A stretch of 64,000 nt of DNA, taken from NCBI GenBank assembly GCA_963805085.1, contig CAWDTA010000001.1, forward strand, positions 192,001 through 256,000. Reading direction: 5' to 3'. Of this stretch, positions 1 through 8,819 are shown in pieces. Made by a program: the position numbers and the translations under genes. The notes under the pieces are model-generated. The model was not told the origin of the DNA. It searched no databases and was given only the letters and a program-made list of their open reading frames with translations. The number at the start of each line of letters is the position of its first letter. Within the stretch, counting starts at the first letter, position 1. The stretch comes from an uncultured Veillonellaceae bacterium. Lineage in GTDB: Bacteria > Bacillota > Negativicutes > JARBTT01.

Positions 1-729
1 TTTTATTTAAATTTATTACAAACGATTAAGAAAAACTACGATATCACGATTCATTCCTTTTCGCCAGCAGAGATTGTGCACATGGCGAAAAAGGCAAATC
101 TTTCGGTCGTAGATACGTTAAAAGAACTACAAGCAGCGGGACTTGATTCACTGCCAGGTGGTGGTGCGGAAATCTTAGTTGATGAAGTCAGACAACGCGT
201 AAGTCCGAAAAAAATTAGCGCAGATGAGTGGCTAGATGTTATGGAATGTGCCCATAGCATTGGGATGCAAAGTACGGCCACAATGGTGATTGGTATGGGG
301 GAAACGCTGGCGCAGCGTATTGAGCATATGGAAAAAGTCCGTGCTTTGCAAGAAAAAACGGGCGGATTCCGCGCTTTTATTACATGGAGTTTCCAACCGG
401 GCAATACGGCCCTAGGCGGTGAAAAAACTTCTGCTTGGGATTACCTTACAACACTCGCAACGACGAGACTTTATTTAGATAATATCAAACATATCCAAGG
501 TTCTTGGGTAACTCAAGGTCAAAATATTGGACAACTTACGTTAGCGTTTGGTGCGAATGATTTGGGCAGTATCATGTTAGAGGAAAATGTGGTAAGAGCC
601 GCTGGCACAGCCTATCAAATGTCGATTGATAAAATGGTTGGCATGATTGAAGCTACGGGTAGAGTTGCCGCACAACGTGATACCGAATATAATATAATGA
701 AAAGATTTAATGGAGCGATAAAAGAATGA
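1..729 (+). CDS. mqnC: Cyclic dehypoxanthinyl futalosine synthase (radical SAM, MqnC/CofH family), 5'-truncated by window edge
   Basis: Frame is open from base 1 (FYLNLLQTIKKNYDITIHSFSPAEIVHM...). Motifs PGGGAEIL, STATM, QGSWVTQG and GANDLGSIMLEENVVRAAG are typical of MqnC. Confidence 0.85.
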   Translation, partial: FYLNLLQTIKKNYDITIHSFSPAEIVHMAKKANLSVVDTLKELQAAGLDSLPGGGAEILVDEVRQRVSPKKISADEWLDVMECAHSIGMQSTATMVIGMGETLAQRIEHMEKVRALQEKTGGFRAFITWSFQPGNTALGGEKTSAWDYLTTLATTRLYLDNIKHIQGSWVTQGQNIGQLTLAFGANDLGSIMLEENVVRAAGTAYQMSIDKMVGMIEATGRVAAQRDTEYNIMKRFNGAIKE

Positions 730-1553
730 ATAGTATTCCGACAGTAGAATTTGCCGTGATTGGCGGTTCTGGTACGCTATCAAGCAACTTTCCTTTAGGG
801 GTAGAAACTGGCGATGTAGAAGTATTAGAAGACAATTTAGTTTTTGAAACACCGTATGGGACAAGTCCTGCTTTTCGTCTATTCCGTGTAGGCGATAAAA
901 AAGTTTTGAACTGTAAAATGCATGGCTGGCGCAGTGGCGTTAGCCGGGCAGACGCATCACGGCAAGTGTTTTGGGTATTTCGTGAAGCCGGGGTAAAACG
1001 CATTATCTCCGAAGGTGGCGTGGGATCAATTAATCCACTCCTCGACCCTAGAGATTTTGTTATTCCCGATGACTATCTTGATATGTCCGAACGAAAAGGC
1101 GTGGGTCTTGAAGGAAAATATTTGCTCATCATGCGTGATGCACTTTGTCATGAGATGCGTAAAAAGTTAATTGAGAAGACAAAAGAACATTTCGATGGTC
1201 GTGTATTTACACGTGGAACCTATGCCGTAACCGAAGGGCGTCATTTTGAAAGTCCAGCGGAGATTGCGATGCTGAAAGGGCATGCTGATATTGTGGGGCA
1301 AAGCATTTGTCCAGAAGTGTATCTTGCACGTGAAATCGGGGCATGTTATGCAGGTCTTTATTTTATTGTTAACTATGGTGAAGGCTTAGTGAAATCATGG
1401 TCTCATCAAGAGTTACAAGATATTTTTTATGATGATGCACCGATGATTAGTCGGATTATCTTAGATACAATTCGCAGTTTAGAACCAATGGGAACTTGTG
1501 AATGTAAAGATCTACGCAAAGAAACACTATTAAAAGGTATTTACAATAAGTAG
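726..1553 (+). CDS. MTAP-family purine nucleoside phosphorylase-like protein with a divergent active site
   Basis: Motifs [49 protein letters not shown] overlap with the mqnC stop. Confidence 0.8.
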   Translation: MNSIPTVEFAVIGGSGTLSSNFPLGVETGDVEVLEDNLVFETPYGTSPAFRLFRVGDKKVLNCKMHGWRSGVSRADASRQVFWVFREAGVKRIISEGGVGSINPLLDPRDFVIPDDYLDMSERKGVGLEGKYLLIMRDALCHEMRKKLIEKTKEHFDGRVFTRGTYAVTEGRHFESPAEIAMLKGHADIVGQSICPEVYLAREIGACYAGLYFIVNYGEGLVKSWSHQELQDIFYDDAPMISRIILDTIRSLEPMGTCECKDLRKETLLKGIYNK

Positions 1554-1603
1554 AATTTTGTGGTATATTGGCGACAATAGTTTTTAGAGGAGGAGTTATT
1601 GAG

Positions 1604-3145
1604 TTGAGTAGCAAGAATAATGAAATGGTATTAATTTTGGATTTTGGTGGTCAATATAATCAATTAATCGCTAGACGGGTAAGAGAGTGTGGCGTGTATT
1701 GTGAAATAGTTCCTTATGACTGCAGTATCGAAAGAATTAAATCAAAAAATCCAAAAGGTATCATCTTTACAGGTGGTCCTAATAGTGTTTATGGTGATGA
1801 TACACCAAAAGCTGATGCACAAGTATTCGAATTGGGTGTACCTGTACTTGGTATTTGTTATGGTCATCAATTTATGGCTCACACATTGGGCGGCAAAGTT
1901 GAAAATGCTGAAGTTGGTGAATACGGTAAAACAGCTGTTGAATTAGCAATGGACTGCAAACTATTTACTGATATAGAGATGAAAAACGAATGTTGGATGA
2001 GTCATATGGACCGTGTTTCGGCGGCTCCAACAGGCTTTAAAGTTGTTTCTACAACAAAAGAATGTCCAGTTGCAGGAATGATAAACGAAGATAAAAAATT
2101 GTATGGTGTACAATTCCATCCAGAAGTAGAACATACTCCTTTTGGTAAGACGATGCTAGCAAATTTTTTGTTTAAAATTTGTGAAGTACATGGTGATTGG
2201 AATATGGCATCTTTTGCCCAAACGAAAATCGCTGAAATTAAAGATTTTGTTGGCGATAAAAAAGTGCTTTGTGCGTTGTCTGGTGGGGTAGATTCTTCCG
2301 TTGCAGCTGTACTTGTACATAAAGCTATAGGCAAACAATTAACCTGCGTATTCGTTGATCATGGCTTACTTAGAAAAGATGAGGGTGATCAGGTAGAAGA
2401 GATTTTCAGAAAACAATTTGATATGAATTTAATTCGTGTCAATGCAGAAGATCGTTTCCTAGGCAAACTTGCTGGTGTTTCTGATCCAGAAAGAAAACGT
2501 AAAATTATTGGCGAAGAATTCATTCGTGTGTTTGAAGAAGAATCTAATAAATTAGGCGAAATCGATTTCTTGGTACAAGGAACGATTTATCCAGACGTTG
2601 TCGAAAGTGGCACGAAAACTTCCGCAACGATTAAGAGTCACCATAATGTAGGTGGATTGCCAGAAGATATGAACCTTACCTTGATTGAACCACTACGCGA
2701 ATTATTTAAAGATGAAGTACGTGCTGTTGGTGAAGAACTCGGTATTCCTCATCATTTAGTATGGCGTCAACCTTTCCCGGGGCCAGGCCTTGCCATTCGT
2801 GTACTTGGTGAAATCACCGAAGAAAAATTGTTGATCACTCGCGAAGCCGATGCGATCTTTAGAGATGAAATTGCAAAAGCTGACCTTGAAGGTAAGATAT
2901 GGCAATACTTCGCCTGCTTACCTAATATTCGTTCCGTTGGTGTAATGGGAGACGAAAGAACCTATTGTCACACAGTAGCACTTCGCGCTGTTACTAGCTC
3001 CGATGGAATGACTTCTGATTGGGCACATATCCCTTATGAAGTATTAGATAAGGTTTCCCGTCGTATTGTAAACGAAGTAAAAGGTGTTAATCGTATCGTT
3101 TACGATGTAACATCAAAACCACCATCCACAATTGAGTGGGAATAA
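1604..3145 (+). CDS. guaA: GMP synthase (glutamine-hydrolysing)
   Basis: Motifs [35 protein letters not shown]-terminal [12 protein letters not shown] start at 1604 follows the SD GAGGAGG; the track start is 1568. Confidence 0.98.
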   Translation: MSSKNNEMVLILDFGGQYNQLIARRVRECGVYCEIVPYDCSIERIKSKNPKGIIFTGGPNSVYGDDTPKADAQVFELGVPVLGICYGHQFMAHTLGGKVENAEVGEYGKTAVELAMDCKLFTDIEMKNECWMSHMDRVSAAPTGFKVVSTTKECPVAGMINEDKKLYGVQFHPEVEHTPFGKTMLANFLFKICEVHGDWNMASFAQTKIAEIKDFVGDKKVLCALSGGVDSSVAAVLVHKAIGKQLTCVFVDHGLLRKDEGDQVEEIFRKQFDMNLIRVNAEDRFLGKLAGVSDPERKRKIIGEEFIRVFEEESNKLGEIDFLVQGTIYPDVVESGTKTSATIKSHHNVGGLPEDMNLTLIEPLRELFKDEVRAVGEELGIPHHLVWRQPFPGPGLAIRVLGEITEEKLLITREADAIFRDEIAKADLEGKIWQYFACLPNIRSVGVMGDERTYCHTVALRAVTSSDGMTSDWAHIPYEVLDKVSRRIVNEVKGVNRIVYDVTSKPPSTIEWE

Positions 3146-3150
3146 GATAA

Positions 3151-3198
3151 ACAAGACCGTGAGTCCTTTATGGATAAGGGATCACGGTCTTGTCTTTT
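3151..3198 (+). terminator. Intrinsic terminator after guaA
   Basis: 12-bp stem acaagaccgtga/tcacggtcttgt followed by CTTTT. Confidence 0.75.
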
Positions 3199-3285
3199 GC
3201 AAAATGTACTTGTATATATGTTCTTTACGTGATTTTTTTCTTGTGCTACAGTTACTATAGATGGTTTTAGGAAAGTAGGTGAATT

Positions 3286-3942
3286 ATGAAAAAAATTCGT
3301 ATCATAATTGCAGATGATCATGCCGTACTACGATCCGGGTTAAAAGCGTTATTACATTGTTATTCGCAATTTGAAGTTATCGGTGAAGCTGGAACTGGGC
3401 TTGAAGCCGTTAATCTGGTTAGCAAACAGCAGCCGGACGTACTGATTTTGGATTTGTCAATGCCGGATATGAGCGGTGTTGACTGTATCAAGGAGATCCG
3501 TTCCCGAAGAGTGGCATGTCCGATTTTGGTTTTAACGATGTACGATGATGAAGAGTTTATTAAGGAAGTCATGCGTTCCGGTGCAAATGGATATGTGTTG
3601 AAGCGTTCTGCAGATACAGAGTTGATGGAAGCTATTAAACGTATTTCTGAGGGAAAAAATTATTTGAATGAAAGTATCTCGCAGACGCTTATTGACACAC
3701 TGTTGCGGACGACAAATGAAAAGTGTGATTCTGATGATCCTTATAAAATGCTAAGTGGACGCGAGCGAGAAGTTCTGCGTTACCTAGCACAGGGGTATAC
3801 CAATACGGAAATTGCGGAAAAACTTTTCATAAGTCCTAAAACCGTGGATACTTACCGCTCAAGAATTATGAAAAAATTACATGTTAGTAAAAAATCGGAG
3901 TTGGTAAATTACGCGATTAGGCATAAAATGATGGGAGCATAA
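3286..3942 (+). CDS. NarL/FixJ-family response regulator
   Basis: Receiver domain (ADDH, LDLSMP, GYVLK) plus LuxR HTH (LSGREREVL...SPKTVDTYRSRIMKKL). Confidence 0.95.
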   Translation: MKKIRIIIADDHAVLRSGLKALLHCYSQFEVIGEAGTGLEAVNLVSKQQPDVLILDLSMPDMSGVDCIKEIRSRRVACPILVLTMYDDEEFIKEVMRSGANGYVLKRSADTELMEAIKRISEGKNYLNESISQTLIDTLLRTTNEKCDSDDPYKMLSGREREVLRYLAQGYTNTEIAEKLFISPKTVDTYRSRIMKKLHVSKKSELVNYAIRHKMMGA

Positions 3943-3964
3943 ATACTTTACAGGGTGTAGAAAA

Positions 3965-3999
3965 AAGGGCTTCTGTTGTTATCCGCAGCAGAAGCCCTT
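3965..3999. terminator. Hairpin/terminator after the response regulator
   Basis: Stem aagggcttctgttg/cagcagaagccctt with an upstream A-tract. Confidence 0.6.
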
Positions 4000-4047
4000 A
4001 TCGTCTTTTACTCGCCAATTTTTAAGCTTTTTAGATGATTTTTAGGC

Positions 4048-4105
4048 AAAAGATCTTCAAGTGTTATGAACTTGATCTAGTTTATAACACTTGAAGATCT
4101 TTTTT
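4048..4105 (+). terminator. Long (~25 bp) hairpin with T-tract upstream of the glcD promoter
   Basis: aaaagatcttcaagtgttatgaact / agtttataacacttgaagatctttt followed by T's. Confidence 0.65.
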
Positions 4106-4170
4106 ATTCTCATCTATAAAATTTATACCATATATGGGAACTTATACGCTTTGCAGGTTCGTCGATAGTC

Positions 4171-4264
4171 TGTAAGGAGTTATCCTACAGTAATATAGGA
4201 TAACTCCTTACACTTTTTTACAGGGTCTACCTGATTTTTTAGTTTGCAAATTAGTGGTAAAATA
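4171..4264 (+). promoter_or_regulatory. Putative NarL-family operator array and extended -10 promoter of glcD
   Basis: Perfect 17-bp inverted repeat tgtaaggagttatccta-N8-taggataactccttaca (4171-4212). Third related site cagggtctacctg near 4221-4233. TGGTAAAAT near 4256-4264. Confidence 0.6.
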
Positions 4265-4297
4265 TAGGAAATAAATTTTATATAAGGAGCATAAATT

Positions 4298-5680
4298 ATG
4301 CAAACATTATATATGGAAAAGTTCAAGAAAATTGTTGGAGAGGAGAATGTCCTTACTGCACATGAAGAATTATATTGTTACTCCTATGATGCTACTCCTG
4401 GATACTCGCACTTGCCAGAGGCTATTGTAATCCCGGAAAATGTTAAACAAGTATCTGATATATTGAAGACAGCTAATCAGCATAAAATTCCTGTTTATCC
4501 GAGGGGAGCAGGGACTAATCTGAGTGCTGGCTGTGTACCGCTAAAAGGCGGAATCGTGCTGCTGATGGCCCGCTTTAACCACATTAGTGATGTTGACTTG
4601 GAAAATCTGGTGGTGATAGCAGAGCCGGGTGTGATTGTAGGGGATATAAATGGTATGGTAACCAGGCATGGATTGATTTATCCGCCTGATCCGGGCACGG
4701 TGGCTACAGCTACACTTGGTGGTACGATTGCAGAAAATGCCGGTGGTCTGCGGGGCTTGAAATACGGGGTTTCCAAACATTATGTTATGGGGCTAGAAGT
4801 TGTACTGGCTAATGGGGATATCTTGCATACTGGAGGAAAAAATGTTAAAGATGTTTCTGGCTATGATCTTACAAAATTGTTTACTGGTTCGGAAGGTACG
4901 CTAGGAGTTATTACTCAAGCCACTTTAAAATTAGTACCGGCACCAGAAAGTAAAAAAAGTATCATGGCAGTATTTAAAAATTTAGATTATGCCGGCAAAG
5001 CAGTGGCAGGAATTATTGCCGCTAAAATTATTCCTGCTACATTGGAAATTATGGATAATGCTACGATATGTACCGTAGAAGATTATGCTCATGTTGGGTT
5101 ACCTCTTGACGCCGAGGCGGTGTTGTTAATTGAAGTGGACGGCATAGCTGAAGTGGTGGAAAAAGAAGCAGACAAAGTTTTGAGTGTACTAAAAAAGAAT
5201 CAAGCCGATGATATTCAAGTGGCTAAAAATGACGCAGAAAGAGATAGGCTATGGGCAGCGCGCCGAGCAGCTCTACCTGCACTAGCAAAATTGCGCCCAA
5301 CTACTTATGTGGAAGACGCGACTGTGCCTAGAAGCAAGGTGCCTGACTTTTTGCGCGCTGTTAGTAGGATATCAAAAGAATTTAATGTAACAATCGGTAC
5401 TTTTGGTCATGCCGGGGACGGCAATATGCACCCCACAATTGTTTGTGATATTCGTGATCCGCAGGAAATGGACTTGGTTAAAAAGGCGATGAATGAAATG
5501 TTTTTGTCAGCTATTAAACTAGGCGGTACGTTAAGTGGTGAACATGGAATCGGTTTGGGAAAATTGCCATGGATGGAGCAGCAGCATGGCAGTAAGACTA
5601 TGGAAGCCATGAAAGCTATCAAAAGGGCAATGGACCCCAATCTTATTTTGAATCCTGGTAAATTAGTAGGTGAGTGTTAA
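4298..5680 (+). CDS. glcD: FAD-linked glycolate/D-lactate dehydrogenase subunit (GlcD family)
   Basis: Motifs PRGAGTNLSAG, YPPDP, GGTIAENAGGLRGLKYG, GSEGTLG, GHAGDGNMHP, LSGEHGIG, LNPGK. Confidence 0.9.
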   Translation: MQTLYMEKFKKIVGEENVLTAHEELYCYSYDATPGYSHLPEAIVIPENVKQVSDILKTANQHKIPVYPRGAGTNLSAGCVPLKGGIVLLMARFNHISDVDLENLVVIAEPGVIVGDINGMVTRHGLIYPPDPGTVATATLGGTIAENAGGLRGLKYGVSKHYVMGLEVVLANGDILHTGGKNVKDVSGYDLTKLFTGSEGTLGVITQATLKLVPAPESKKSIMAVFKNLDYAGKAVAGIIAAKIIPATLEIMDNATICTVEDYAHVGLPLDAEAVLLIEVDGIAEVVEKEADKVLSVLKKNQADDIQVAKNDAERDRLWAARRAALPALAKLRPTTYVEDATVPRSKVPDFLRAVSRISKEFNVTIGTFGHAGDGNMHPTIVCDIRDPQEMDLVKKAMNEMFLSAIKLGGTLSGEHGIGLGKLPWMEQQHGSKTMEAMKAIKRAMDPNLILNPGKLVGEC

Positions 5681-5681
5681 C

Positions 5682-6995
5682 ATGAACTACATCGTAGCAA
5701 AAGATATACAAAATAAGGATCAGCAGCTGCTTAGTGATATACGTGATGCGTTGGCAAATTGTATGAAATGTGGAAATTGTATGGCTGTGTGTCCAATTTA
5801 TAAAGAAACCAGAAACGAAATATCTGTAGCCAGAGGGAAATTAGCACTCATGGAAGGCATACTGAGCGGTAAGAATGAAATTTCTGCAGGCTTTGACAAT
5901 GCTTTGGCAAAATGTTTATGTTGTAAGGCGTGTGCGTTTAACTGTCCATGTGGAGTGAAGGCTGACGAACTGATTATCCGTGGACGTCAAGCTGTGGTGC
6001 AGGCGCGCGGTCTTCATCCTGTAAAAAAAGCTGTATTCAAGCTGTTATCAAACCGTAAGCTGTTCGATGTTGCATTAAGAGCAGCTGGTCTATTTGGTCC
6101 TTTAAGTTTTAAGCGGCTTCCTGGGAAAATGGCTGCTGTAGCCAGATTTCCTATGCCTGGTATTGACAAAAAAAGAATTACAGCGCCTTTTGCCGCAATT
6201 CCCTTGCGGAGTCGTTATCCGGAGGTGGTAAAGGCCGCTAATGCCAAGTGTAAAGTGGGCTTTTTTACCGGATGTATGATTAATTATATGTATACAGATG
6301 TCGGCGATGCAGTGATTCATGTGTTAAAGCACAATGATATCGAGGTTGTGATACCGCCTGCGCAGCATTGTTGCGGTACTCCGGTATATGTTTCGGGAGA
6401 TAAAGAGGTGGCAAAGAGTTTTGCAAAACATATTATCAATGTCTTTGCAAGTTATGATTTTGATTATGTCATAGCAGCGTGCGGGTCTTGCGCAGAAGCT
6501 TTAAAAATAGAATATCCTCACATGTTTCAAGATGATCCGGTAATGTATAAACAGGCAGAAAAATTGGCGAAAAAGACTTACGAAATCGGCGAATTTTTAG
6601 TTGATGTTGTTCCGTTTCGTCGAGATCATTTGGGGCAGGTTTTGAAAACAGTTACCATGCATGATCCATGCCATATGGCCCGGGGGATTAAGGTTACAAA
6701 ACAGCCGCGGGAAATACTACAGGCTATTCCAGGGCTTACATTTGTAGAAATGAAAGAGGCTGACCGCTGTTGCGGATCAGGCGGTTCGTTTAGCGTGACA
6801 AACTATCCGCTGTCACGTAAAATTAATGATAGAAAGATAAAAAATATTAAAGAGTCTTCGGCACAAGTGGTGGCCACGAGCTGTGGTACCTGTCGGATGC
6901 ATCTGACTGACGGATTAGAGCAAAACAAAGTTGAGGCAGAGGTTGTACATGTCATTCAGCTTTTGGAACAATCTTATCGTGCAGGACAAGTTTAA
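5682..6995 (+). CDS. glcF: Fe-S/CCG-domain subunit of glycolate/lactate dehydrogenase (GlcF family)
   Basis: CxxCxxCxxxCP twice, FTGC, HCCG, HDPCH, RCCGSGG, SCGTC. ATG at 5682; the track start is 5670. Confidence 0.88.
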   Translation: MNYIVAKDIQNKDQQLLSDIRDALANCMKCGNCMAVCPIYKETRNEISVARGKLALMEGILSGKNEISAGFDNALAKCLCCKACAFNCPCGVKADELIIRGRQAVVQARGLHPVKKAVFKLLSNRKLFDVALRAAGLFGPLSFKRLPGKMAAVARFPMPGIDKKRITAPFAAIPLRSRYPEVVKAANAKCKVGFFTGCMINYMYTDVGDAVIHVLKHNDIEVVIPPAQHCCGTPVYVSGDKEVAKSFAKHIINVFASYDFDYVIAACGSCAEALKIEYPHMFQDDPVMYKQAEKLAKKTYEIGEFLVDVVPFRRDHLGQVLKTVTMHDPCHMARGIKVTKQPREILQAIPGLTFVEMKEADRCCGSGGSFSVTNYPLSRKINDRKIKNIKESSAQVVATSCGTCRMHLTDGLEQNKVEAEVVHVIQLLEQSYRAGQV

Positions 6996-7024
6996 ATACT
7001 TTGGTTACTTGGTAAAACAGCCGT

Positions 7025-8101
7025 TTATGGCGTAGGTGTTCTAGTTTTAATTGGAACTTCTATTTTGAGGCATGTTCCCAGACCGATAGTGGAATCAATG
7101 GAAAATTCCCCATTTACTCCGGCAATTCGTTCTTTCATTCCATATAGGCCCAGACAAGCATGTTTACGATGTTTATGAATTTTTTTGTTATGGAAGCCGA
7201 TGCCATTATCGGCAACAGTAAACAATAGCATGGATTTTTTTATTGACAAGTTTATCTGAACTTCAGTTGCCTGCGCATGCTTAATAATATTGGTTAGTGC
7301 CTCCTGTAAAATACGATAGAGGCTGATTTCTAATTCGGGAGAAAAACGTTGCCGGGACAAATCGGGAGCAATTTCCGCGGTGACTTTGATCTTATATTTT
7401 TGTGCATAGTCTTCGATATATTTTTTGGTTGCGCTGACTAAGCCGAGATCATCAAGTACTACGGGGCGAAGTTGTACTGCCAATTGATGGACAGCTTCGA
7501 GTGTATTGGCTGCTAAATCGCGCATTTGCAATAATTTATTTTTTTCTTCAGCATGTGCCGTTTTAGCCAGTACTCTAAGACCAAAAATGATAGATGTCAG
7601 TGCTTGGCTTGTTTCATCATGAAGCTCACGGGAAATTTTCCGTCGTTCTTCTTCTTGAATATTAATAATTTTTTTTACATAGTGCTGGTGGAGCGTCTGT
7701 TTATCCTGTAGTGCTTTAACCAGCTTTTCCTGACGGACGTTTGCGTTGAGCGCGGCTTCAACAAAATGGGCAGCTAAACGGGCGTAAGAAGCAGCTTCTT
7801 CAGACTTTCCAGTAATGCCAATCAAGCCAACACATTCATTTTCAAGCCAAATTGGGACGTTAAATCCTGTGCGTACGCCGAAAAAATGCTGTTGATCATC
7901 TTCTGTGACCGAAAACTCATGAGTTTTTCCGGAGCGCAGCATTTGAGTACCCACTTCATGACGTTGGCCAATTCGTTCTTTGCTGAGAGAAGCAATGATG
8001 ACACCGTGTTTGTCGACAATATTGACATTTTTATTTAATTCTGCGGCAATAATATCTACAAGAGATTGTGCAAATTTAGGATCTAGGCTTTGGCTGTTCA
8101 T
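7025..8101 (-). CDS. Soluble sensor histidine kinase: CdaR-type sugar-diacid recognition domain + HisKA_3 + HATPase
   Basis: N-terminus AQSLVD...NVNIVDKHGVIIAS..KERIGQRHE...GFNVPI...VGLIGITG resembles the CdaR N-domain. Also EEERRKISRELHDETSQ, QEALTNIIKHA, DNGIGF, GLYGMKER. No transmembrane segment. Confidence 0.88.
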   Translation of the reverse strand: MNSQSLDPKFAQSLVDIIAAELNKNVNIVDKHGVIIASLSKERIGQRHEVGTQMLRSGKTHEFSVTEDDQQHFFGVRTGFNVPIWLENECVGLIGITGKSEEAASYARLAAHFVEAALNANVRQEKLVKALQDKQTLHQHYVKKIINIQEEERRKISRELHDETSQALTSIIFGLRVLAKTAHAEEKNKLLQMRDLAANTLEAVHQLAVQLRPVVLDDLGLVSATKKYIEDYAQKYKIKVTAEIAPDLSRQRFSPELEISLYRILQEALTNIIKHAQATEVQINLSIKKSMLLFTVADNGIGFHNKKIHKHRKHACLGLYGMKERIAGVNGEFSIDSTIGLGTCLKIEVPIKTRTPTP

Positions 8102-8220
8102 AGTAGTGTTATTCCTCCTTTATGTTCAAAAAGTAACTGATACTATTTTACGACAAATAATCTGCCAGTTAAAGAGTAAACCATATGATATTCTTGATCA
8201 TTCAATATTTACAGGCTTTG

Positions 8221-8264
8221 AATAAGTAAAGGACTGAGGATAAATCCCCGGTCCTTTACTTATT
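8221..8264. terminator. Hairpin between the kinase promoter and the TA locus
   Basis: Perfect 14-bp stem aataagtaaaggac/gtcctttacttatt. Confidence 0.55.
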
Positions 8265-8273
8265 GGTATATTT

Positions 8274-8282
8274 TGTTATAAT
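8274..8282 (+). promoter_or_regulatory. Extended -10 promoter of the putative toxin mRNA
   Basis: TGTTATAAT about 8 nt upstream of the 5' arm aggtgctacc. Confidence 0.65.
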
Positions 8283-8351
8283 ATTTTTATAGGTGCTACC
8301 ATAAAACGGTAGGCGGTCAATTTTGCCCCCAAAAGGGGGTGAAGCCCATGC

Positions 8352-8417
8352 ATGAATGAGACGAATGTAACTTTATTGTTTTTCGTTATTCTTGTGGTAT
8401 TTTTACAAAAAAAGTAA
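8352..8417 (+). CDS. Putative type I toxin, 21-aa hydrophobic peptide (holin-like toxin type)
   Basis: MNETNVTLLFFVILVVFLQKK*. SD AAGGGGGTGA sits in the hairpin ccccc-aaaa-ggggg. The mRNA ends are complementary to each other. Confidence 0.7.
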   Translation: MNETNVTLLFFVILVVFLQKK

Positions 8418-8501
8418 ACCGCCCGAAGCGTCCAAACTAAGGCGGTAAACTTTTACTTATCTATTTTGGGGCTGACCGCTTATCGGTAGCACCTTTTTTA
8501 T
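8405..8501 (-). ncRNA. Putative antisense antitoxin sRNA (~95 nt)
   Basis: Minus-strand promoter TTGATA-17-TATAAT (8536-8508). Minus-strand terminator accgcc...ggcggt plus T-tract (8446-8407) overlaps the toxin stop codon. Confidence 0.65.
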
Positions 8502-8507
8502 GTCTTT

Positions 8508-8536
8508 ATTATAACCATAATTTTATAAAATATCAA
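8508..8536 (-). promoter_or_regulatory. Sigma-A promoter of the antisense RNA
   Basis: Reverse complement reads TTGATA-ttttataaaattatggt(17 nt)-TATAAT. Confidence 0.7.
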
Positions 8537-8569
8537 TGAAAATATACGATAAATGAAAAGTGAAAAAGT

Positions 8570-8615
8570 TTTATTTGGCGAACAGATTATTGAGCATCCT
8601 AAAGGGGTGCTTTTT
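8570..8615 (+). repeat. Direct repeat copy 1 (18-bp core plus terminator hairpin)
   Basis: tttatttggcgaacagat-tattgagcatcctaaaggggtgcttttt; 41/46 identical to 25950-25995. Confidence 0.85.
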
Positions 8616-8819
8616 TATTTTGACTTTTATTTACAACTAGTCTCAATATATATTTGTTTAAAATAGATAAATAAAGGCCGACAAATTATCCTGTAGGGAT
8701 GATGAAAAAAAGGGGAAAGGGAAGTACAATAAAAGAGAAATGTAGTGAAAAATAAGTACAATAGAGAAAATCATCTGAAAATTTAGAAGGTAGTAAAATA
8801 AAAAGGAGTGTTATTTATT

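Noticed and set aside
3100-3145. Duplicated guaA 3' end (att site) elsewhere in the window
   Set aside because: No second copy of the guaA terminal sequence was found by eye, and there is no integrase gene.
7980-8225. 81-aa ORF on the + strand
   Set aside because: It overlaps the kinase start antisense, has no SD and no recognisable motif.
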